From assembly GCA_016788465.1 (NCBI GenBank), contig JAEURV010000186.1:988-64987 (forward strand): a stretch of 64,000 nucleotides of DNA, read 5' to 3'. Of this stretch, positions 36,470 to 44,853 are shown one piece after another. The stretch's first letter is position 1, and every line of letters begins with the position of its first letter. Both the position numbers and the translations under genes were made by a program. The DNA comes from Nitrospira sp. Its GTDB lineage: Bacteria > Nitrospirota > Nitrospiria > Nitrospirales > Nitrospiraceae. Under the pieces are notes generated by a model. That model did no database searches. It worked only from the letters and a program-made list of their open reading frames with translations, and was not told the DNA's origin.

Positions 36470-37639
36470 ATGAAATATCCTCTTATGCGGAACAATATTC
36501 TCCGGGAAGATTTGGATGCGGTGATTGAGCATCTCAAACAGGACGATCCGATCTTGACGCACGGTCGAAATGTGCGGGACTTTGAGTCTGAGTGGTCCGC
36601 CTGGTTGGGTGTGAAACACAGTGTGTTCGTCAATTCCGGCGCATCTGCGAATCTCTTGACGATGGCGATTCTGAAAATCCGCTATCCCGAAGGTGGTGAA
36701 GTGATCGTTCCGCCGTTGGCCTGGGTTTCCGATATCGCCTCGGTGCTGCAGAATGGATTCACTCCCGTTTTCGTCGACATCGATCCCAGGACATTGGGGA
36801 TGGATCCAGCAAAAATTTGTGCTGCCATCACGGAGCGGACCCGTGCAGTATTCTTGACTCATGTGCAAGGGTTCGATGCGCTGGACGATAGGTTACTGAA
36901 AGAGTTGCAGCAGCGAAGAGTTCCGCTGATCGAGGACGTCTGTGAGTCTCATGGGGCCACGCATCAAGGACGGAAATTGGGAAGTTTCGGCTGGATATCA
37001 AATTTCTCCTTCTACTACGCGCACCATATGAGCACGATCGAGGGGGGCATGATTTGCACGGACGACCCGGAGGTGTATCAGCAGGTACGCATGTTGCGCT
37101 CGCACGGGATGGTTCGAGAGGCCAGCGATCCGGCGGTGCTTGCGGCCTATCGCTCGGAGAATCCTGAGTTGAATCCTGATTTCATCTTTGCGTTTCCCGC
37201 GTATAACACACGTAATACGGAAATCGGGGGTATCCTTGGCCGAAGCCAGCTCAAGCGTCTGGATCGCAACGTGAGGCGACGGACGGACAATCTGTTACGG
37301 TTTATGAAACAGCTTGATTCAAGCAAGTACCGAACTGATTTCAAGATGGAAGGGTCCAGTAACTATGCGTTCAACCTTATCTTGAAACGTCCGGACAATG
37401 CCTTGGTTGAGCGTCTGATGAATGTGATGCGTGAGGCGGGGATCGAGTTCCGACGAGGAAGTGCGGGTGGTGGTAATCAGATTCGCCAGCCGTATCTGAA
37501 AGGTGTTGTTCCCAAGGACCACCATCTGGAGTTCCCCGAAACCGAACATATCCACTTTTATGGTTTCTACATCGGCAACTATCCGGATTTGCGCGATGAA
37601 GAGATCGATGGACTGTGCAAGGTTTTGAATTCCGCATGA
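36470..37639 (+). CDS. PLP/PMP-dependent sugar 3-dehydratase of the DegT family, ColD/E1-like (His replaces the Schiff-base Lys)
   Basis: 389 aa. NFSFYYAHHMSTIEGGMICTDDPEVY aligns with ColD FSSFYSHHIATMEGGCIVTDDEEIY as I recall it. His186 (nt 37025..37027) occupies the Lys position of DegT aminotransferases. Confidence 0.8.
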   Translation: MKYPLMRNNILREDLDAVIEHLKQDDPILTHGRNVRDFESEWSAWLGVKHSVFVNSGASANLLTMAILKIRYPEGGEVIVPPLAWVSDIASVLQNGFTPVFVDIDPRTLGMDPAKICAAITERTRAVFLTHVQGFDALDDRLLKELQQRRVPLIEDVCESHGATHQGRKLGSFGWISNFSFYYAHHMSTIEGGMICTDDPEVYQQVRMLRSHGMVREASDPAVLAAYRSENPELNPDFIFAFPAYNTRNTEIGGILGRSQLKRLDRNVRRRTDNLLRFMKQLDSSKYRTDFKMEGSSNYAFNLILKRPDNALVERLMNVMREAGIEFRRGSAGGGNQIRQPYLKGVVPKDHHLEFPETEHIHFYGFYIGNYPDLRDEEIDGLCKVLNSA

Positions 37640-37646
37640 GAGTGCC

Positions 37647-38390
37647 ATGCCTTCGGCCGTGATTCTGGCTGGTGGGCTGGGGACTAGGCTGCGGAGCGTC
37701 GTGTCCGACCTTCCGAAGCCCATGGCTCCCATCCGTGGCCGCCCTTTTCTTGAACATCAGCTCGATTATTGGATCAACCAGGGGATCAGCCGGTTTGTGT
37801 TGTCCGTAGGATACCGGCATGAAGCTATTACCGGTCATTTCGGGTCTCGCTATAAAGGTATTCACCTTGAATATGCCGTCGAGGAACAACCGTTAGGAAC
37901 CGGTGGCGGATTGTTGATGGCTGCGGAGAAACTCGACCCGGATAAGCCGTTCTTGCTTTTGAACGGCGATACGTACTTTGAGGCCGACTGGACGGTGTTG
38001 GATGCCTTTGCCATGGAGCATGGGGCCGACTGGTGTTTTTCATTGTTCAGGACGAGTGAGAAGGGGCGATACATGGGCATCGAGATGTCCGCTCAGGGAC
38101 GGATCACCTTGTTGAAGTCCGGGGTTGAGCAGGGGCCTCGCCTTGCCAATGGGGGAGTGTATTGGGTGCATCCGCGTGCGTTGACTGGGGCTGGCAGATT
38201 GGGTGCAAAGTTATCGTTAGAAGACGATCTGTTTCCCCAGGCGCTCGCGGCCGGACACCGATTATTGGGGATAGAGTTTCGTGGGACCTTTATCGATATC
38301 GGGGTCCCTGATGATTATCATCGGGCATCAAGCTTGTTGGTGGGTAGGGACGATAGGACCGCACAATCAACGGAGAGGACACGACGATGA
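37647..38390 (+). CDS. Sugar-1-phosphate nucleotidyltransferase, D-glycero-D-manno-heptose 1-phosphate guanylyltransferase (HddC)-like
   Basis: AVILAGGLGTRLRSVVSDLPKPMAPIRGRPFLEHQLDYW, SVGYRHE and EEQPLGTGGG, a pattern close to HddC-type enzymes. Confidence 0.8.
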   Translation: MPSAVILAGGLGTRLRSVVSDLPKPMAPIRGRPFLEHQLDYWINQGISRFVLSVGYRHEAITGHFGSRYKGIHLEYAVEEQPLGTGGGLLMAAEKLDPDKPFLLLNGDTYFEADWTVLDAFAMEHGADWCFSLFRTSEKGRYMGIEMSAQGRITLLKSGVEQGPRLANGGVYWVHPRALTGAGRLGAKLSLEDDLFPQALAAGHRLLGIEFRGTFIDIGVPDDYHRASSLLVGRDDRTAQSTERTRR

Positions 38391-39325
38391 GCTATAACAT
38401 TCTTGTGACCGGTGGCGCAGGCTATCTCGGCTCCACTCTGGTGCCGGACCTTCTGCAGCAAGGCCACAACGTCACGGTGCTGGATAACTTCATGTACAAG
38501 CAGGCCAGTCTGAATCATGTGTGCCATCATCCCAAGTTTTCAGTCGTAAAAGGTGATATCCGTATCGAAAGCGTGATGGCTCCGTTGATCAAGAAGGCCG
38601 ATGTCGTGATTCCACTAGCCGCGCTGGTGGGGGCGCCGATGTGCAGCCAAGACCCGGTGGGGGCAACCACCGTCAACCATGATGCCATTTTGTTGATGCT
38701 GAAGCTGTTGTCGAAGCAGCAGATGGTCCTCATGCCTACCACCAACAGCGCCTACGGTACCGGGGATAAGGATAACTTTTGTACGGAAGAGTCTCCGTTG
38801 AATCCCATTTCCCTCTACGCCAAGGAGAAGGTCGGCATTGAAAAGGAGCTGATGCAGCGGGAAAACGCCATCAGTTTTCGTTTGGCGACCGTATTCGGGA
38901 TGTCGCCGCGCATGCGGATCGATTTATTGGTGAATGATTTCACCTATCGGGCGGTGTACGATCGCTTCGTGGTGCTGTTCGAGAGTTCCTTTAAACGAAA
39001 TTATGTTCACGTGCGTGATATCTCACGCGTCTTTCAGCACGGCATCGAACATTTCGGCAAGATGAAAGGTCAGATCTACAATGTCGGTCTGTCCGACGCC
39101 AATGTGTCGAAAAGAGAGTTGTGCGAGCATATCCAGAAACAGGTTCCTGACTTTGTGTTCGTTGATGCTCCGGTCGGTAAGGATCCGGATCAACGCAACT
39201 ATATTGTGTCCAACGCCAAAATCGAATCGACCGGGTTCAAGCCGATCTACGCACTCGATGCAGGCATCAGTGACCTGATTAAGGGTTACACGATGATCAA
39301 GAACACACGCTATGGGAATGTGTGA
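38387..39325 (+). CDS. NAD-dependent epimerase/dehydratase (extended SDR)
   Basis: ILVTGGAGYLGS Rossmann motif and catalytic YAKEK (YxxxK). ATGA overlap with the upstream gene. Confidence 0.8.
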   Translation: MSYNILVTGGAGYLGSTLVPDLLQQGHNVTVLDNFMYKQASLNHVCHHPKFSVVKGDIRIESVMAPLIKKADVVIPLAALVGAPMCSQDPVGATTVNHDAILLMLKLLSKQQMVLMPTTNSAYGTGDKDNFCTEESPLNPISLYAKEKVGIEKELMQRENAISFRLATVFGMSPRMRIDLLVNDFTYRAVYDRFVVLFESSFKRNYVHVRDISRVFQHGIEHFGKMKGQIYNVGLSDANVSKRELCEHIQKQVPDFVFVDAPVGKDPDQRNYIVSNAKIESTGFKPIYALDAGISDLIKGYTMIKNTRYGNV

Positions 39326-39391
39326 GGGAAGGCTCTAAAAGCGTGAGGCTCTCTCACCGGGTGCTGGAATGATCCTCTTCTCAATCACGGA

Positions 39392-40192
39392 ATGATGCTG
39401 ATTGTTAGACTGTTACATAATGTATATCGTTACCAGTCGATGATCCTGGCTCTTGCAGGTCGAGAGTTACAGAGCCGATACGTGGGGACATTGGGTGGAA
39501 TTCTATGGACGTTCGCACATCCGTTGGCGATCATCACCATCTTTTATTTCGTATTTGCGTTGGGGTTTCGGTCGCAAGGCCCCGATGGCGCTCCCTTCAT
39601 GCTCTGGTTTGTGTGTGGATTGGTTCCCTGGTTTTTTTTTAATGAAACATTGTTGGCTGCGACCGATTCAATTACGCGACATGCTCATTTAATAAAAAAA
39701 ACTGTCTTTCCTTCTGAGATTCTTCCGATGGTGAATATTACTGCGGGTCTTATTCCTCATGCGATCTTTATGCTCATTGTGGCAGGCTTGCTGGTGTGGT
39801 TTGAGGTTTCATTGCTGGCAGGTAGATTGCTGGTCGTCTATTTTCTTCTCTGTACGTGTGTCTTACTTATTGGTCTCAGTTGGCTGCTCTCTGCAATACA
39901 GGTTTTTTATCGTGATGTTTCACATGCCGTATCGATTTTGCTTAACTTGTGGTTCTGGTCGACCCCGATTGTCTGGTCATCGGACATGATACCGGCGGAG
40001 TATCGTGGGTTATTGTTCTATAATCCTATTTACTACATCACTGAAGGGTATCGAGGCTCGTTGGTCTTCGGTGAGCTCGTGTGGCCGAGTGCAGCTCACA
40101 CAGTCTACTTCTGGTTCATTGTGATTGCGATGTTTCTAGTCGGCGCGTACGTATTCAGCAGATTGAAACCAGAATTCGCCGATGTAATGTAG
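39392..40192 (+). CDS. wzm: ABC-2-type polysaccharide export permease
   Basis: 266 aa with six hydrophobic helices. The N-terminal LAGRELQSRYVGTLGGILWTFAHPL signature is typical of Wzm/TagG permeases. Confidence 0.85.
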   Translation: MMLIVRLLHNVYRYQSMILALAGRELQSRYVGTLGGILWTFAHPLAIITIFYFVFALGFRSQGPDGAPFMLWFVCGLVPWFFFNETLLAATDSITRHAHLIKKTVFPSEILPMVNITAGLIPHAIFMLIVAGLLVWFEVSLLAGRLLVVYFLLCTCVLLIGLSWLLSAIQVFYRDVSHAVSILLNLWFWSTPIVWSSDMIPAEYRGLLFYNPIYYITEGYRGSLVFGELVWPSAAHTVYFWFIVIAMFLVGAYVFSRLKPEFADVM

Positions 40193-40200
40193 TTCTTCCC

Positions 40201-41553
40201 ATGCGGCCTTCTCCCGTCGTTCAGGTTCAGAGCGTATCTAAGAAGTTCAGACTCTTCGCTTCTCCGAAGGAGCGTCTTTTTGAAGCACTACACCCGTTTC
40301 GCAAACAGTATCATCACGAGTTTTGGGCGCTACGTAATATTTCCTTTGAGGTTCGGCCAGGGGAAGTTGTCGGTATTCTAGGGAGAAATGGATCCGGGAA
40401 GTCAACCTTGTTGCAGATCGTTTGCGGGGTGATGCAGCCAACGAACGGTGAAGCTCGGGTTGATGGACGAATTGCTGCTTTGCTTGAACTCGGCGCTGGA
40501 TTCAATCCGGAGTTTACAGGGAGAGACAATGTCATTTTGAACGGCGCGATTATGGGATTCTCTCGAAAGGAGATGCTGCGACGGTTGCCAGAGATCGAGG
40601 CCTTTGCTGACATCGGAGAGTTTTTTGACCAACCGGTCAAAACCTACTCATCTGGAATGTTCGTGCGGGTCGCATTTGCAGCCGCAATTCACGTCGACCC
40701 GGATCTCTTGGTGGTGGATGAAGCTCTCGCTGTCGGTGATGCAAAGTTTCAACGCAAATGTCTGCTGCAACTCGAGAAAATTCGCGCAAACGGTGCGGCC
40801 ATTCTCTTTGTCTCCCATAGTTTGGAGACCATTACAAGTCTTTGCAGTCGAGCGATTATCTTGGAAAATGGATCACTCGTTTGCGATGGCCAACCGAAGG
40901 TGGTCGCTGAACAATATCTGACTCTTCTCTTTTCCGAGTCACGAGTGGAGAAACGGAGTGGGTCTTTGAAAGGAGAGCCTGCTTCGGTATCAGATGGTCA
41001 ATATCTTGAGGCAGTCCAATCAACTGGCGGTTCAGTTTGTATTGACGAGTCTATATGGACGGATGTCCCGATTTCTCAAAGGTTTGGGTACAACCGTCAT
41101 GAAATCCGTACAACGAATGGCGGTGCAACCATCATCGACTATGTGATGATGGCAAATGGCCGTACTGACTTCCCGTGCATTGTTTCAGGAACCGCGTTGA
41201 CGATTTTCGTGAAGGCTCAGTTTATGGAGAGTGTCACACAGCCCATTGTCGGGTTTGATTTAAAAACGGACAAAGGAGTTACCATTATATCTTCCAATAC
41301 CTTTCTGTCTCAGACTCCGCTGCGGCATGCTCAGTATGGTGAGACAAGAATTTATCAGCTTGACCTAAGTACACCGTTGAATGAAGGCGATTACTTTATT
41401 GATCTAGGAATAGCTAAGTACGATGGGAGCCAAGGAGGAGCCGTCTTGGACGTCCGACGGTCTATTATACATCTGGTAATCAGTCCTGTGTCGGAGAAGA
41501 GATTCAATGGAATCGTGGATATTGGATTTAGGTTTGGAGAGATCCCTCGATAA
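40201..41553 (+). CDS. wzt: Polysaccharide export ABC ATPase with C-terminal glycan-terminus-binding (Wzt_C-like) beta-sandwich domain
   Basis: Start at ATG 40201 (MRPSPVVQVQSVSKKF). Walker A GRNGSGKST, signature YSSGMFVRVAFA, Walker B LLVVDEALAVGD. A further ~200 aa beta-rich extension (TIIDYVMM..TIFVKAQF..YFIDLGIAKY..IHLVISP) follows. Confidence 0.85.
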   Translation: MRPSPVVQVQSVSKKFRLFASPKERLFEALHPFRKQYHHEFWALRNISFEVRPGEVVGILGRNGSGKSTLLQIVCGVMQPTNGEARVDGRIAALLELGAGFNPEFTGRDNVILNGAIMGFSRKEMLRRLPEIEAFADIGEFFDQPVKTYSSGMFVRVAFAAAIHVDPDLLVVDEALAVGDAKFQRKCLLQLEKIRANGAAILFVSHSLETITSLCSRAIILENGSLVCDGQPKVVAEQYLTLLFSESRVEKRSGSLKGEPASVSDGQYLEAVQSTGGSVCIDESIWTDVPISQRFGYNRHEIRTTNGGATIIDYVMMANGRTDFPCIVSGTALTIFVKAQFMESVTQPIVGFDLKTDKGVTIISSNTFLSQTPLRHAQYGETRIYQLDLSTPLNEGDYFIDLGIAKYDGSQGGAVLDVRRSIIHLVISPVSEKRFNGIVDIGFRFGEIPR

Positions 41554-42871
41554 CACGAGGATCGCCATAGAGCCGCTGTATTCACTTGCCGAAGCATTAG
41601 AGGCAGGAAAGCCTTATTTTGGCCGACGACTATCGGCTTTTCAGAGTCCTCCCATACGGTATGCTTTATTGGCTGGTGTGGCTATTGACGCACTGAAAGG
41701 GAAGCCAAAAATTAGGGTGTTGGAGATAGGTTCGTGGGCGGGAGCATCCTCGATTACATTGGGAACGGTGATTCGCACCCTCGGCATTGCGGATGGTGTC
41801 ATTACTTGCGTCGATCCGTGGGAGCCATATTTTGTGCCGGGAGATGCAGCCATGCACTACAAGAGCATGAACGTCGCGGCTGGGACAGGGGCTATCCAAC
41901 AGTTGTTTCATCACAATATTAGGGCTTGTGGGCTTGTAGGTATGGTCGAGGTCATAAAAGCTGGGGCGCAGGATGTTCTACCATCGTTTGCAGCTGAGTC
42001 ATTCGACTTCATCTATATCGATGGGTCGCATAAGAAAGAAGATGTTTCCCATGACATTGAACAAGCCATGCGGCTGGTCCGTGACGGGGGGACTATTTGT
42101 GGAGACGACTTGGAGTTAGTCAAGGGGGAGATCGATGAGGCCACGCATCGGGACGCGGTGGCACGGAACGTTGATTATGTGGCTGACCCGCGAACAGGAG
42201 CTTCCTATCATCCTGGCGTCACTGAGGCAGTTTGTTCTGCGTTCGTTGACCTCTGGCATGACAAAGGCCTGTGGTGTGTGAAGCGTTCTGGTGGCGAATG
42301 GCATGCTCCTGTCATGCCTATCAAGGATTTAGATATTCCAGTGCACTTGCAACATACAGCGGAAATTCCCTATGGTGTATTTAAGGGGCATGAATTGTTT
42401 CAATTGGGAGAACGGTTCGTGGCCTATCCCGTCAGTCAGCCGCTCTGGTTTCAAAATCGCCTTGTGCAGCGATCACTTGAGGACTTGGTTCTGATGATTG
42501 ACGCGATTGATTGTATAGACCGGCGCAGGGCATCTCGGGAAACAGGTTGTCCGAAGCTAATCGTCGAGGGCTATTGCGGTTTCAATATCGTTCAATACAA
42601 TAACGGTTGGTATGGTTTCGATCAAGCACTAGGCCCGACAGATATCAGAACTCTTGTCGAGTCAGAGATAGAAGTCATGAAGTGTAAGGGAAGTTGCGTG
42701 TCTGGCATAAGTATTGACGATGTTAAGATGGAGGTCCTTCGTATCGTAATGGAGCAACAGGACAGAAAACTTTCAGTTTTCCAGACAGAGGTAGGTGATC
42801 TTAATCAGGCATTTCGGGAGGTGTCCTCAAAAGCTGATTTCGATTCGAGCCTTCACCGAAAAAGAGCTTAA
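41507..42871 (+). CDS. Class I SAM-dependent methyltransferase (Methyltransf_24-like) with two copies of the island-specific C-terminal module
   Basis: IRVLEIGSWAGASSITL and FDFIYIDGSHKKEDVSHDIE. The C-terminal ~165 aa carry GVFKGHELFQLGERFVAYP and GFNIVQYNNGWYGFDQALGPTDI. Overlaps the wzt end by 47 nt. Confidence 0.7.
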   Translation: MESWILDLGLERSLDNTRIAIEPLYSLAEALEAGKPYFGRRLSAFQSPPIRYALLAGVAIDALKGKPKIRVLEIGSWAGASSITLGTVIRTLGIADGVITCVDPWEPYFVPGDAAMHYKSMNVAAGTGAIQQLFHHNIRACGLVGMVEVIKAGAQDVLPSFAAESFDFIYIDGSHKKEDVSHDIEQAMRLVRDGGTICGDDLELVKGEIDEATHRDAVARNVDYVADPRTGASYHPGVTEAVCSAFVDLWHDKGLWCVKRSGGEWHAPVMPIKDLDIPVHLQHTAEIPYGVFKGHELFQLGERFVAYPVSQPLWFQNRLVQRSLEDLVLMIDAIDCIDRRRASRETGCPKLIVEGYCGFNIVQYNNGWYGFDQALGPTDIRTLVESEIEVMKCKGSCVSGISIDDVKMEVLRIVMEQQDRKLSVFQTEVGDLNQAFREVSSKADFDSSLHRKRA

Positions 42872-42874
42872 GTT

Positions 42875-44152
42875 ATGACGGCGTTTGTTCACAAGAATGC
42901 ATCACCATCCTCGCCTCGTCTGTCCATTATTCTATTGGACTGGAGCTGTCGCGAGAGGTTCACCACTCTGGATTGGCTGCTGCGGCAGGATGTGCCGAAG
43001 GATCAGTATGAGCTCATCTGGGTGGAGGTTTATGACCGTGTCGTTGATGAAGTGATGGAAAAAGCCGATGTCGTCATCACGTGCAATCAGCAAGGCATGT
43101 ATCACAAGCATGTGGGGTATAACGCCGGCCTGCTGCAGGCGCGTGGTGACTTGATCTGTGTGTGTGACAGCGATGCGGTGTTCCCTCCTAATTTTGTGCG
43201 ATCGGTACTTCACTCGTTTCACATGGAAGATGGGAGATCGGCTGTTCCGTTGGTGCTCATGCACTACGAATGGCGTACGTCTCTCCTCTATCCGGATGGG
43301 TTAATTGATACTGCGACACTCAAGGACCATGCTCGTTGGAAATGGTGGCCTCTCATCGTGAACGAGGGCGCTTGCATGACTGTGCGTAGGGCTGACGCAA
43401 TCCGGTTTGGAGGTTTTGACGAACATCCCAGTTACAAGGGGTATTTGTGCGGTCCATATGATTTGGGCTGGCGCCTGATTAATGCCGGTTGGCCGGAAGT
43501 GTGGCACGATGAGTCTGTAGCGTTGTGGCACTTTGCGCATCCTGACCCCATTGGGACGAATGGCCAGCGAGCCTCATTGAAGCAGTTGCTGGAAAAGGCC
43601 CACCCTCATATTAATGGCCATGCGTTGACGGCCGTGGAAGCGTTTTCAACGGGGCGATTCCAGCCTCTTCAGGAAAACTTAGACATCTGGAAGTTACGGA
43701 TGAAGAGTCGCCGAATCGGATCCGAACTTGAAACTCGGTATGCCGATTTGACCGGACCAGGTGGATATTCTCCCCGCGCTGTATTGTCCTTGTGGATGTC
43801 TCTGGTGAGAGAGATTGTCGGGCGGTATCTTGCGGATCGCTGGTGGAATCCTATCCGTGAGGTCTTAGTCTCCTTGATGGGACCACGCATCGCGTCAAAA
43901 CTTCGTGCCGTTATTAGAGATCACATTGCTCCGCGCAGAGTCAATCATGAGGTGGCGGCTGACCACCCGACACTGCTCTGTTCTCTACGAGGATATAACA
44001 TTGTGAAGGTTAAGAATGAGTACTATGCTGCTCCTCAGAGTGTTGGAGATCTCGATCTATCGACGGAGGAAGGAAAGGTTCACCCTGATCTACTAGTTGC
44101 TGAAGACTACAAAGTGTTGCTGGAAAAGGTCCATGTAGCATCAAGAGGATAG
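42875..44152 (+). CDS. GT2-like glycosyltransferase with C-terminal island-specific module
   Basis: LSIILLDWSCRERFTTLDWLLRQDVPKDQYELIWVE and CVCDSDAVFPPNF (GT-A/DxD-like). The C-terminus is LRGYNIVKVKNEYYAAPQSVGDLDL. Confidence 0.55.
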   Translation: MTAFVHKNASPSSPRLSIILLDWSCRERFTTLDWLLRQDVPKDQYELIWVEVYDRVVDEVMEKADVVITCNQQGMYHKHVGYNAGLLQARGDLICVCDSDAVFPPNFVRSVLHSFHMEDGRSAVPLVLMHYEWRTSLLYPDGLIDTATLKDHARWKWWPLIVNEGACMTVRRADAIRFGGFDEHPSYKGYLCGPYDLGWRLINAGWPEVWHDESVALWHFAHPDPIGTNGQRASLKQLLEKAHPHINGHALTAVEAFSTGRFQPLQENLDIWKLRMKSRRIGSELETRYADLTGPGGYSPRAVLSLWMSLVREIVGRYLADRWWNPIREVLVSLMGPRIASKLRAVIRDHIAPRRVNHEVAADHPTLLCSLRGYNIVKVKNEYYAAPQSVGDLDLSTEEGKVHPDLLVAEDYKVLLEKVHVASRG

Positions 44153-44184
44153 ACGAAGTATGTATCGAATCAGAGAAGCTTAAG

Positions 44185-44646
44185 ATGGGAACCTCGAGAA
44201 ATTATGATCTTTTTGTGACTCATGCGTGGCGTTTTCATGAGGATTGGACAAAGTTTACGGAACTCATGGACAAGGTGCCGGGAATCTTGTGGCGGAACTT
44301 CAGCTTGCCTTGGCATGATCCTGCAATAAGCCCAAATACGGAAGCAGGGGGGCGATTCATCCGCAGTTCCTTGGAAAGCCAGATCATTCCCGTGCACGTC
44401 GTGGTTTTGCTTGCGGGGGTGTATGAGACGAGGAGCGCTCGAGTGTGGGTCGACATGGAGGTCGAAATGGCAAGGAAACACCGCAAGCCCATTATTGGTA
44501 TGCCTCCTATCAATAAAGAGTCAATTCCGGATGGACTATTGGCACTGTGTGATGCGAGCAGTACTTGGGAGGCGACCAGATTGATAGCCGTTATTGACGA
44601 AGTGCGGTCCCTTCCAACGTATGCATCCAAGCTTTCCGACAGATGA
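44185..44646 (+). CDS. TIR-like domain protein (DUF1863/ThsB-type)
   Basis: 153 aa. YDLFVTHAWRFHEDW at the N-terminus and SARVWVDMEVEMARKHRKPIIGMPP, the S-x-W-x(3)-E-x(2)-A...KPII pattern of TIR-like/DUF1863 proteins. Confidence 0.65.
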   Translation: MGTSRNYDLFVTHAWRFHEDWTKFTELMDKVPGILWRNFSLPWHDPAISPNTEAGGRFIRSSLESQIIPVHVVVLLAGVYETRSARVWVDMEVEMARKHRKPIIGMPPINKESIPDGLLALCDASSTWEATRLIAVIDEVRSLPTYASKLSDR

Positions 44647-44853
44647 TTTCCTTATCGCTGCTGGGAAGCCGGTCAATGAAATGAGAACGGGGCAACCCGG
44701 TATGGTTTGATCAGATACAAACAGTTGATCAATGCCGGACATGGGATTATAAGTAATTATCCAGTCATCATTTCCGACCCTGACAAAGCATCTTCCCGAG
44801 GAAGCACATAACAGTTGTCACACCTATTCACCAACTTGGATATGAGGTGAGTG

